From assembly GCA_965262665.1 (NCBI GenBank), contig CBDHFR010000003.1:90811-154810 (forward strand): a DNA stretch of 64,000 nucleotides. Reading direction: 5' to 3'. The first letter of the stretch is position 1. Each line of letters begins with the position of its first letter. This document shows positions 19,996 to 28,868 of the stretch, piece after piece. Made by a program: the position numbers and the translations under genes. This DNA is from Rhodospirillaceae bacterium (GTDB lineage: Bacteria; Pseudomonadota; Alphaproteobacteria; Rhodospirillales; Rhodospirillaceae). Under the pieces are notes generated by a model that saw only the letters and a program-made list of their open reading frames with translations, made no database searches and was not told where the DNA came from.

Positions 19996-20529
19996 GTGCG
20001 TCCGTTGAAACGCTCAATCACATTCAAAATGGTCATGCTCGGGGCGAGCGCACTGACCCTCAGTTCCTGCGGCGAATCAAAAGAAGAAGTCCTCACTTAC
20101 CCATCGGTGGAGGCGTGTATCGCCGCCGGAGTACAGGACGTTTCGACGTGCCGCGCCGAATTCGACAAGGCGAAGGCGTTGCAGGACGAGGTCGCCCCGC
20201 GTTACCAGACATCCTCGACGTGCTACGCCGACTTCGGCAACGACCAGTGTTATCGACGGCAAACCTCCAGCGGTTCGTTCTGGTTGCCGTTCATGGGCGG
20301 ATATATGTTGGCGCCGCGCGGCTCCTCGGCGGCTATCTACTCGCAGCCGCTCTATCGCCTCAGGAGCGACCCCCGGCAGTTCTACACCAGCGGCGGCGTC
20401 GGGGTCGGCAACGTGTCCCGCGACGGCCGCGCACAGGTTACCAAGTCCCAGGTCAGCCAGCCCCGCGCGCGCGCGCGCGCGGTCGCGAGGGGTGGTTTCG
20501 GCGCCCGGTCGACGAGTTCGGCCAGTTAG
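19996..20529 (+). CDS. DUF1190 (YjfM-like) lipoprotein
   Basis: It has a lipobox (LTLSSCG) and a conserved Cys-rich segment (..CIAAG..VSTCRAEF...TSSTCYADFGNDQCY). The start is uncertain: GTG 19996 or TTG 20005. Confidence 0.7.
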   Translation: MRPLKRSITFKMVMLGASALTLSSCGESKEEVLTYPSVEACIAAGVQDVSTCRAEFDKAKALQDEVAPRYQTSSTCYADFGNDQCYRRQTSSGSFWLPFMGGYMLAPRGSSAAIYSQPLYRLRSDPRQFYTSGGVGVGNVSRDGRAQVTKSQVSQPRARARAVARGGFGARSTSSAS

Positions 20530-21089
20530 GTGTCCCCGGTCCGGGGCTGGTACTTATGATCCAGACAGGCGACGGCGATGCCGGCGATCAGGCCGAACAG
20601 GTGGCCCTCGAAGGAAACGTAACTTCTAATCGGCAGGATGCCCCACAGGAGGCCGCCGTAGAAGATCATCGTCACGCCCGCAACGGCGATGGAGACGAGG
20701 CCGCGCTCGAAGTATGCGCGGGCCAGCAAGGCGCCGAAATACCCTAACACCAGACCGCTGGCGCCGACGTGAGGCACGCTACGTGCGAATAGCCAGACGA
20801 GGACCCCCGACAATAATATGATCCCGACGGTGCTCGCCCAAAACCGCGTTTTGCCGCCGATCAGAGTGAGCGCGCCCAGGACCAGCAGGGGCACCGTGTT
20901 CGAAGCGGCGTGCCACAGTCCGGCGTGAAGGAAGGGCGCAAGCGGGATCCCAATCAGCCCGCTCACCCGCCGCGGCAGGATGCCCCACGACGTCAAGCCG
21001 TGGCCGAGGAAGAAGTTCACGATCTCCGCGACCCAGATCGCAGCGACGAGGACGATAACCGGAAAAAAGAATTTCTTGATGAACTCCAT
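20526..21089 (-). CDS. Rhomboid-family intramembrane serine protease
   Basis: 187 aa with six hydrophobic helices. It has the GASGLVLGYFG (GxSG) motif and a downstream His in a TM helix. Confidence 0.8.
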   Translation of the reverse strand: MEFIKKFFFPVIVLVAAIWVAEIVNFFLGHGLTSWGILPRRVSGLIGIPLAPFLHAGLWHAASNTVPLLVLGALTLIGGKTRFWASTVGIILLSGVLVWLFARSVPHVGASGLVLGYFGALLARAYFERGLVSIAVAGVTMIFYGGLLWGILPIRSYVSFEGHLFGLIAGIAVACLDHKYQPRTGDT

Positions 21090-21309
21090 CGAACCGTCGC
21101 GCTATTAAGAATTCGACGCTCCCGATTTAGAACCCAAACAAGAAGCCCGCGTCAAGCGCAACTTGACCGTGGTCTGCCCCTAAGTAGATGAACCACCACT
21201 TAATTTATACACTGGCACGGATTAATACCAATGGCCATGAGTGTTGACTCACTTTTGGGCTTTTCAAGTCGTCACGGTTCTGAGTCAAGGTTGTCAAAGG
21301 AGATTTCCG

Positions 21310-21636
21310 ATGCCAGCCAAAGTGACCCTGCGCTCTGATTTTGATGCCCTTCGGCTTCGCCAGTTTGCCAAACGAAGTTCCGATACATGCCAGACCTGCC
21401 GTTTGTTGGCCCTGGCGGCGGTGTATGACGGGATGAGCCGTGGGGAAGCTGCGAAAGTCGGCGGGATGGATCGCCAGACTTTGCGTGATTGGGTTCATCG
21501 GTTCAACGATCTGGGTCCCTATGGACTGGTTAATAGTCGAGGCCCAAAGCGCAAGCGCCGCCTCAGCGAAGCGCAGTTGCAGGCGTTGGCTGAGATTGTG
21601 GAGACCGGTCCCGACCCTGAGGTTGATGGTGTTGTA
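21310..21636 (+). pseudogene. IS630 transposase, N-terminal fragment
   Basis: MPAKVTLRSDFDALRLRQFAKRS...LALAAVYDGMSRGEAAKVGGMDRQTLRDWVHRFN...GPDPEVDGVV parallels the IS630 copy at 43301. It breaks after GVV. Confidence 0.7.
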
Positions 21637-21749
21637 CCTCATGCGCCGTATCCCCCAGCCCCGGTCATGCTTTTTTTAGGGAATTATAACTTAATATTGA
21701 CTTTCTGAGCCCCGCCTGTTATACATAAATCATTGAAAGGCAGGGACAA

Positions 21750-22688
21750 ATGGCACATCCAGCCCCCGGAAAATCAGACCGCAAAGGCATCACGATGATA
21801 GAGCTTTGCGACATGTTCCCCGATGAAGACACAGCCCGTGCATGGTTTGAATCTCGTCTCTGGGCCGATGGCCGTTACTGCCCACACTGTGGCAGTATAA
21901 AGACACACGAAGCCAGTCACAACAACATGCCGTACCGCTGCACCGATTGCCGGGCCTACTTCTCGGTCAAGACCGGCACCGCCATGCACGATTCCAGGAT
22001 TCCCCTGCGGAAATGGGTCTTTGCGATCTACTTGCACCTGACCAGTCTCAAGGGCGTGTCGAGCATGAAACTCCATAGGGATATCGGGGTATCCCAGAAA
22101 ACCGCTTGGTACATGCTCCAGCGTATCCGCCAGGCATGGAGCGCTGGCGCTCTTGAGCAGTTTGTAGGCCCGGTGGAGGTCGATGAAACCTATCTCGGTG
22201 GCAAAGAGACCAACAAGCATGCCAGCAAGAAGCTGAGGGCCGGTCGCGGCACGGTTGGTAAGGCCGCCATTGTGGGCGCAAAGGATCGCAAGACGAATAA
22301 GGTCAAAGCCAAGGTGGTTGGCACGACAGACGCTAAAACTCTGCAAGCCTTTGTCCTGGCTGTCGCGCTGGGTGGGGCCACGGTCTACACCGACGATGCG
22401 GGCGCATACAAAGGCATGAAGGGCGTCGAACACCAGAGCGTCAAACATAGCGTAGGCGAGTACGTCTCAGGGATGGCGAGCACCCAAGGTATTGAGTCCT
22501 TTTGGGCCATGCTGAAACGGGCGCACAAAGGCACGTATCACAAGATGAGCGCCAAGCACTTACAGCGGTACGTCAACGAGTTCTCAGGCCGCCACAACGT
22601 GCGCGGACTGGATACCGCCGACCAAATGAACCGCGTTGCCCACGGCTTGGCCGGGAAGCGGTTGAGCTACAAGGACCTGACCGCCTGA
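21750..22688 (+). CDS. IS1595-family transposase
   Basis: 312 aa. It has an N-terminal Zn ribbon (CPHCGS...CTDCRAYF) and a DDE_Tnp_IS1595-type core (VEVDETYLGGKE...TVYTDDAGAY). Confidence 0.85.
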   Translation: MAHPAPGKSDRKGITMIELCDMFPDEDTARAWFESRLWADGRYCPHCGSIKTHEASHNNMPYRCTDCRAYFSVKTGTAMHDSRIPLRKWVFAIYLHLTSLKGVSSMKLHRDIGVSQKTAWYMLQRIRQAWSAGALEQFVGPVEVDETYLGGKETNKHASKKLRAGRGTVGKAAIVGAKDRKTNKVKAKVVGTTDAKTLQAFVLAVALGGATVYTDDAGAYKGMKGVEHQSVKHSVGEYVSGMASTQGIESFWAMLKRAHKGTYHKMSAKHLQRYVNEFSGRHNVRGLDTADQMNRVAHGLAGKRLSYKDLTA

Positions 22689-22787
22689 ACGAGAGCCGGT
22701 CAACCGGCCACCCCTCTCCAGATCAGCTTGATTTTACCGTGGCGAATGTATAGATTTCCTGGGTGCTTACAGGCAGGAGAATCCAAG

Positions 22788-23225
22788 ATGTCGCTCTCCA
22801 AAGAGAGAAGTGTCGTGCTGTCCGAACTAAGCGAACAGCGTGACAAAACCAAACGCCAGATCATTTCCTTTCAAAGCCGGGTCGAAAGGCTCAAACAGCA
22901 GTTGATCGGAATCGAGACCTGCATCAACGCGGTCGGTGGTGATGCGCCCCAAAGGGCCAACGGATCGGTGAAGCAAGTAATCCTCGACAAACTGAAGGAG
23001 GCCGGTTCTCACGGCCTAACTGTCGGTGAAGCCATCCGGTCTGCGGAAGAACGGTGTGAGGGCCTTAATCCAAGCTCCATCTCCGCATATCTGAGTACGT
23101 TCAAAACGGACGGCATCGTCAAATATGCCGACGAAAGGTATTATTTGCCGGAATTTTATCCGAACCGCATTGTTGGGGAAGTGACGTATATTGATACAAA
23201 AGGGGTGAAGATCGTAAAAAGATGA
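22788..23225 (+). CDS. Passenger ORF: coiled-coil plus winged-helix-like DNA-binding protein
   Basis: ATG 22788 is preceded by AGGAGA. The segment ILDKLKEAGSHGLTVGEAIRSAE...SSISAYLSTFKTDGIV looks like a wHTH. No family was recognised. Confidence 0.45.
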   Translation: MSLSKERSVVLSELSEQRDKTKRQIISFQSRVERLKQQLIGIETCINAVGGDAPQRANGSVKQVILDKLKEAGSHGLTVGEAIRSAEERCEGLNPSSISAYLSTFKTDGIVKYADERYYLPEFYPNRIVGEVTYIDTKGVKIVKR

Positions 23226-23255
23226 GGCCCCGGAACGACAGTTCCAGGGCCTCAT
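23222..23255 (+). terminator. Strong hairpin at the end of the passenger ORF
   Basis: ATGAGGCCCCGGAAC-GACA-GTTCCAGGGCCTCAT forms a 15-bp stem with one mismatch. There is no clear T-tract. It directly abuts the tRNA-like gene. Confidence 0.4.
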
Positions 23256-23257
23256 CT

Positions 23258-23332
23258 GCGGGTGTAGCTCAATGGTAGAGCAATAGGGTTCCCACCTTGT
23301 AGATGTCGGTTCAATTCCGTCCACCCGCTCCA
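23258..23332 (+). tRNA. tRNA-Gly(UCC)-like gene with imperfect stems (possibly a pseudo-tRNA)
   Basis: 75 nt. The 7-bp acceptor stem is perfect (GCGGGTG/CACCCGC) with a CCA end, and the D arm is GCTC-AATGGTA-GAGC. The anticodon loop is GTTCCCA (UCC), but only 3 of 5 stem pairs form and position 37 is C. The T stem has one T:T mismatch. Confidence 0.5.
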
Positions 23333-23647
23333 AATGGTCTGATGCCGGTGCTTACAGGCAATCCGATGTCTGACCATTCACATTCAAAGTTCTAGAGCTT
23401 GCTAATCTAGGTCAAGTTATTAGCGTAGGTCGTCTAAGCCCTAGGCGTACGCCATGGCAAGTCTTAAGGTTTCCAGCAACCGTTGCGAGTCAAGCAAGAG
23501 GGTCAGGGGGCCGGATATCTAGTTTTAGCGGGAAAATTCACGGGCGATCCGACATGGGGTCACTCGTGCGTGTTGTTGGCAGCGATGAGAGGATGAGTTA
23601 AGCTGGGGATATAGTCAATATTAAGTTATAATTCCCTTAAAAAAACC

Positions 23648-24259
23648 GCCCACGCCAGTGAACAGGAACGCGCGGATGGGCAGGCAGCACGCGTGGTTTG
23701 GCGCCAACGTCAGGCCCGGCTCCCGGCCCATCCCGAGCGGGTCGGCAGGATCGTGTTCCTTGACGAAACAAGTATCAATACCAAAATGGCGCGCCTGCGG
23801 GGGCGCTGTCCCAGCGGCCAGCGGATGGTTGCCGCCATTCCCCATGGTCATTGGAAAACCATGACCTTCATTGCCGGATTGCGCGGTGACGGCCTGACCG
23901 CGCCCTGGGTGATCGAGGGCGCCATGGACGGTGATGCATTCGAGCAGTACATCAAAACGCAACGCGCCCCGACCCTTCAAAAAGGCGCTGTTGTTGTCCC
24001 CGGCAATCTGCCGGCCGACAAACGCGACGGTGCCAGGCGGGCGGTTGAAAAGCGGGGCGCATGGCTTTTGTTCCTGCCGCCCTATGCGCCGGACTTCAAC
24101 CCGATCGAGCTCGCATTTTCAAAGTTCAAAGCTCACATGAAGCGCTTAAAACCCCGCACCATCGATGATCTGTGGAAAGCCGCCGGTAACGTCTGCGGCC
24201 TCTTCAATCACGAGCACTGCAGGAACTTCTTGGTTGCTGACGGCTATGCGTCAGAATAA
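23648..24259 (+). pseudogene. IS630 transposase, C-terminal (DDE) fragment
   Basis: ..KKTAHASEQERAD...IVFLDETSINTKMARLRG...LPPYAPDFNPIELAFSKFK.. The ~50 aa between GVV and KKT are missing. Confidence 0.75.
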
Positions 24260-24275
24260 ATCGGAAATGCTTTAG

Positions 24276-25841
24276 AGACGGAATGATGTCTTCCGCTGAT
24301 GTTATGGTCTTGCCGAACATACCGAACGATTTTGCCAGCATTTCCCAATTGGGATTGGTGAAGGCCAGTTCTGAGTGGCGCCCATCAAAGCTATTCTGCT
24401 GCTTCCATTTGATCAGACCGTATTCCCCATCTTCCCAAACCATGGCAACGACGGGGATCTTGTAACGCGCTGCGGTTTCAATATCTTGAACGTTCATCAT
24501 GAAACCAGCATCTCCAGATATGGACAAAACCTTTCTGTCAGGCTTGGCAATTTTGGCTCCTATAGAACCTGGCAGCGCAAATCCCATGGTGCAAAAACCG
24601 TTGGAAATAAGACACGTGTTTGGCATCTCACACTGGAAATAGCGCGCTATCCACATCTTGTGCGCCCCGACGCCGGATAAAAGAATGTCGTCGGGGCCAA
24701 GAAATTTGCGAACGTCATTAAGAATACGCTGCGGTTTGACGGGGAACGACGTATCCGCCTCTTCCATGGCTAAGTCATCACTGATGATCTGACGCAGGTC
24801 GGCGCGTGCTTTAATGTCAAACAGCGGAAGCTTGTCACCATACCGTTCGTCCAGGTCTTCATTGATCTGCCAGAGGGCATCCGCCAAGTCAGAAACAATG
24901 TCGACCTCTACTGGAAAATTCGTATCGATTTCAGCCGGCATAAAGTCGATATCAATAATGACTTTATCCCGTTTGGAATTCCAGAAGGCGGGCGCGTACT
25001 CAACAAAATCGTAGCCAATCGTAATCACGACGTCCGATTGCTCGAATGCCAGGTTTGCGTAGTCACGACCTTGCAAACCCATCGTGAACAGGCAGTGTGG
25101 GTCGGACATGGGAATGGCACCCTTACCCATGAAGGTGTTAACAACCGCGATCCCTGTTTTGTGCGCGAGACGTTTCAATTGCTCAGCCGCGCGTTTCCGA
25201 ACCGCGCCGTTGCCGGCAAGTATAAGAGGGTTCTTTGCGTTCGCTATGATATCGACGGCTTGTGTGATCGCTTTGTGATCCGCCGCAGGCTGGCGCGTCT
25301 TGGCAATGGGCATAGGCGTCAAGCTATCATCAGCTTCCATTTCCGCAATGTCTTCCGGAAGTTCGATAACCGTGACGCCCGGTTTTTTCCGTTTCAGCGA
25401 CTTTGAACGCTTACGCACAATCTCCGGAATATTTTCCGGTGCAAAAACCGTTTGGGCCCATTTGCTGATCGGCCGCATCATCGCCACAGAATCCATGTTC
25501 TGATGGCTTTCCTTGTGCAGACGGTCCGTCCCGGCTTGCCCGATGATGGCCACTACCGGTGCGCGGTCCATGTTGGCATCGGCAAGACCAAGACCGGTGA
25601 CCAGGTTTGTTGCCCCTGGTCCAAGCGTTGATAAGCAGACACCCGATTTACCCGTTAATCAGCCGTAGGTGTCTGCCATAAAGGCCGCCGCTTGTTCGTG
25701 ACAGCACAGGACAAATTGGATCGGGCTATCTAAAAGTGAAATCATCACATCGGTGTTTTCTTCGCCGGGAATTCCAAAAATTCTTTCGACACCTTCGGCT
25801 TCAAGGCATTTCACAAACAGATCAGAGGCTTTCATTGCCAA
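24276..25841 (-). pseudogene. Thiamine-diphosphate enzyme (acetolactate-synthase-like), in-frame stop plus 3' end replaced by IS630
   Basis: TPP_N, central and TPP_C domains are present. An in-frame TGA at 25656-25658 interrupts ..FMADTYG*LTGKSGVCLSTLGPGATNLVTG... The last ~20 codons of tracked ORF 24204..25571 are IS630 sequence. Confidence 0.75.
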
Positions 25842-25859
25842 TCTCCTATAGGCGTATGT

Positions 25860-27302
25860 TTAAAAGTTTTCGAGCGCAGGTGATTTAAGGACGAGCATCT
25901 TTTCGACGCGCATGTCGTGCAGCGTATAGGGCATACCGCCCGTACCAAGTCCGGATTGTCCGAGCCCAGCGAATGGCATCCAATCGGTGCGGAAAGCCGT
26001 GTGGTCGTTGACCATAACGGCGCTGGCGTTCAATCCGGTATACGCGGCCATGGCCTTATCAATGTCTTGCGTGAAAACCGCCGCTTGGAAGGCAAAGTCT
26101 ATGCTGTTGGCCCGTTCGATGGCGTCGTCCATGGATTTGGTGCGGAACACCGCAATCACCGGACCAAACACCTCCTTGTTGGCGATTTTCGAGTCAGCCG
26201 GAGGATCGACCAAAATGGTCGGTTCATACACCCGCTCGGTTATGGCTTTGCCGCCGCGGACAAGTGTTGCGCCGCCATCAACCGCCTCTTTCACCCATGA
26301 GTCGACACGCTCCACTTCGGCCGGCCTGATCAATGGACCGACATCCGTGGCCGGATCGGAGGGATCGCCCACAACCAGATCGGCCGCTTGAGAGTCCAAC
26401 GAGGCAATGAGGTCATCAGCCACGGCGTCATCGGCGAGAATGCGCTGCACAGACACGCACACCTGACCGGCATGATAGAATCCGCCTTTTAACAGGGATG
26501 TGGTGGTTAGACCGAGATCCGCGTCGGCCATGACCAACGCCGGGGCCGCTCCGCCGTGTTCCAGGGCACAACGCACACCCGGTGCCAATTTCGATTTGAG
26601 AGACCAGCCAACACCGGGAGATCCGATAAAACTGAAGAAAGAAATACGCGGGTCCGTGACCAGCTTTTCTGACTCCGCCGTGGTGTCCGTATTTACGACC
26701 CGGCACCATTCTTGTGGCAGTCCGGCTTCGACAAGTATGTCGGCAAAGGCATGGGCACACATAGGTGTGTGCTTTGCCGGTTTAACAATGACCGGGCAGC
26801 CCGAGGCGACGGCGGGGCCAGCCTGATGGACAATCAGATTGAGCGGATGATTGAACGCACTGACGGCGACAACCACACCGATCGGCTGAAACTGAGTAAC
26901 CGCCAAGCGACCCGCCGACGCGGGATTGACACGCATGGGGATAACAGTGCCGCCTTCCTTGCGCAGTTCTTCAGCGCAGATATGAAGGCCGTCGATCGCC
27001 CGGTCTACTTCCACGGCCGCGTCCTTGAACGGCTTACCGCCTTCTCCGGCAATGAGCAGGGTTAGCTCCTCACGCCGGCCTGCCATGATCGAGGCCGCCG
27101 ATTGGAGAATTTCAATTCGGCGATGGGTGGACAGCCAGGATGATTGGTTCTTGTGAAGATCAGAGGCGGTTTGAAGAAGGTCCTCAACCTCGCTGGCGCC
27201 GGACACAGGCACTTCACCGATGACGTCTCCTGTATAGGCCGACAGAACTTCGCGGGTTTTGGACGCGCCCATAACTGACCTCCCTTTAGGGCCTGACTCC
27301 AT
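25860..27302 (-). CDS. NAD(P)-dependent aldehyde dehydrogenase
   Basis: 480 aa. It has ALEHGGAAP (the ELGG-equivalent segment), the catalytic Cys context GQVCVSVQR, and an ALDH-length layout. Confidence 0.85.
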   Translation of the reverse strand: MESGPKGRSVMGASKTREVLSAYTGDVIGEVPVSGASEVEDLLQTASDLHKNQSSWLSTHRRIEILQSAASIMAGRREELTLLIAGEGGKPFKDAAVEVDRAIDGLHICAEELRKEGGTVIPMRVNPASAGRLAVTQFQPIGVVVAVSAFNHPLNLIVHQAGPAVASGCPVIVKPAKHTPMCAHAFADILVEAGLPQEWCRVVNTDTTAESEKLVTDPRISFFSFIGSPGVGWSLKSKLAPGVRCALEHGGAAPALVMADADLGLTTTSLLKGGFYHAGQVCVSVQRILADDAVADDLIASLDSQAADLVVGDPSDPATDVGPLIRPAEVERVDSWVKEAVDGGATLVRGGKAITERVYEPTILVDPPADSKIANKEVFGPVIAVFRTKSMDDAIERANSIDFAFQAAVFTQDIDKAMAAYTGLNASAVMVNDHTAFRTDWMPFAGLGQSGLGTGGMPYTLHDMRVEKMLVLKSPALENF

Positions 27303-27547
27303 TAAAAATCCATGTCACCGGACCACCCGAAGGTCGGTGATGAAGTCAGCATTTGTTGTCTTCGGGGTAAAATGGCACAGCGGTGCCCAGAGTTCTTGCG
27401 CCCTGGCTAAAAGTGTTCAGAAATCCCCGTCCCTGCTTATATAATGAAGCTTAGCCTCTTCTGGGCATCAGGTCTAACCCAACGGTGTCTTGGAATGAGG
27501 AAAAGTGATGATACGAAGCCCGAATCCTCTTTGAGGAGCGATCCGAC

Positions 27548-27990
27548 ATGGGTATCGACGTCACCGTCGACATTGAAATTTCATCTGATCCGCAAGCGGT
27601 CTTCGTCTTTCTTGCGGATCCAGTGAACGATCCTGAGTGGATTGGCGGCGTTCAAAAATCTGAACTGTTGTCGGCAGGACCGGTGAGCTTGGGCACCAGG
27701 TCCGGCGCACAGCCGGTTTCATGGGTAGGTCTATGGAATACGTGACCGAGATCACGGCCTTCGAACCCGAAAACCTCATTGAGATGGAGACCGTCTCTGG
27801 GCCGTTTCCAATGATCATTACTTACGAGGTGGAACAGCGCGATCAGACCGCCCGTGTGATCCTCCGCAACCAAGGAGGGCCGTCCGGCTTAATGAATCTC
27901 TTTTCACCCTTGATGGCACGTATGGTGCGCAAAAATACTGCCCAAGACTTGGTACGACTTAAATCTATTCTGGAAAGCAGTTCAATTTAG
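27548..27990 (+). pseudogene. SRPBCC/START-fold protein, frameshifted
   Basis: ORFs 27548..27745 and 27721..27990 join as ..VRRTAGFMGRSMEYVTEITAFEP.. after a 1-nt shift near 27690-27700. Confidence 0.55.
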
Positions 27991-28020
27991 CCGCCAGAGA
28001 ATACAGTTCGGCCGATTTTT

Positions 28021-28857
28021 TCAGACTACGAAAAAGTTGAGAATAGCATCCACTTGGCCGGGCAAACCTTCTTCCAGGGTGACCAGGCGCCTCTCGGACG
28101 ACGGCACGCGCGCCGCCACATCGTCCAGATAGATGTGTAATGGGTCGGTCTCCGAGGCCAGAAACAGTGACGGCGTTTTAACCAAGGGAAGGCGTTTGTC
28201 TGTTTCGTGACGGAAAACGGCACGGTAGCCATTGTGGTACGTCGTCACTGCCTTCAAAACTTCAGTGACCATTCCGTGCAGGGCTTCCGCCGAAGGAACG
28301 CTGCCACCCAAACGATGGTCGGGATCACGCATGAAGTAGGGAAAATGGATGAATTGATCGCGGAGGAAATGCCACGCCCAGGTAAATTGGGTACCGAATT
28401 CATCGGGCGTGATCTCAGGTGCATAGTTTTCCAACAGCGTTTTACGGAAGTCAGCATCAAAGACTCCGATTCCGTCAAAAATGATTTTACGAATGCGGTC
28501 TGGATGGGCGATCGCTAGTTCGCAGCCGATATGGGCGCCGGTATGGCTGCCGAAATAATCGACTTGGTCGATCCCTATGGCATCAAGCACACGGCATATA
28601 CTGTCGGCGTAGTAATCCAGGTTTAACCCGTTTTGAGCTGGCGGCGCGGAATCTCCATTGCCCAACGTATCGGGCGCGACAACGTAACAGGATTCACCTA
28701 ACGCAGCGATGAGGGGCGCATAGCCAGCGGACGAGCCTGGACCGGCGTGGGCGACGTAGATGGGAAGTGCTGCATCATCGTTACGGGTGCCGGCGTGTCG
28801 GTAATGAACCAAACCTTCTTCGATACGGACAAATGCGCGGTCGACGTTAACAGCCAT
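28021..28857 (-). CDS. Alpha/beta-fold hydrolase
   Basis: 278 aa. It has an HAGPGSS oxyanion region, the nucleophile elbow GSHTG and a C-terminal His region. Confidence 0.75.
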   Translation of the reverse strand: MAVNVDRAFVRIEEGLVHYRHAGTRNDDAALPIYVAHAGPGSSAGYAPLIAALGESCYVVAPDTLGNGDSAPPAQNGLNLDYYADSICRVLDAIGIDQVDYFGSHTGAHIGCELAIAHPDRIRKIIFDGIGVFDADFRKTLLENYAPEITPDEFGTQFTWAWHFLRDQFIHFPYFMRDPDHRLGGSVPSAEALHGMVTEVLKAVTTYHNGYRAVFRHETDKRLPLVKTPSLFLASETDPLHIYLDDVAARVPSSERRLVTLEEGLPGQVDAILNFFVV

Positions 28858-28868
28858 GGCGGATTCTA

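Larger units (their letters stand above)
21671..23647 (+). mobile_element. IS1595-like element with passenger DNA, nested inside IS630
   Basis: It has ~31-bp terminal inverted repeats: TTTTTTTAGGGAATTATAACTTAATATTGAC (21671-21701) and GTCAATATTAAGTTATAATTCCCTTAAAAAAA (23617-23647). They enclose the transposase, one ORF and a tRNA-like gene. Confidence 0.6.
21290..24275 (+). mobile_element. IS630-family element disrupted by a nested ~2-kb insertion
   Basis: The N-terminal transposase part is at 21310-21636 and the C-terminal part at 23648-24259. The right end matches the 12147-12229 remnant. The left end is approximate. Confidence 0.7.

Noticed and set aside
21205-21293. Whether the missing 3' end of the TPP-enzyme gene continues on the far side of the IS630 element (..DLKSPKVSQHSWPLVLIRASV*).
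   Set aside because: The translated sequence only vaguely resembles an acetolactate-synthase C-terminus. The left IS630 boundary and TA duplication could not be fixed by eye. This is left as a check rather than a claim.
23545-27552. A 15-nt identity (GCGATCCGACATGGG) between 23546-23560 and 27537-27551.
   Set aside because: One or two such 15-mers are expected by chance in 64 kb counting both strands, and the flanks do not align.
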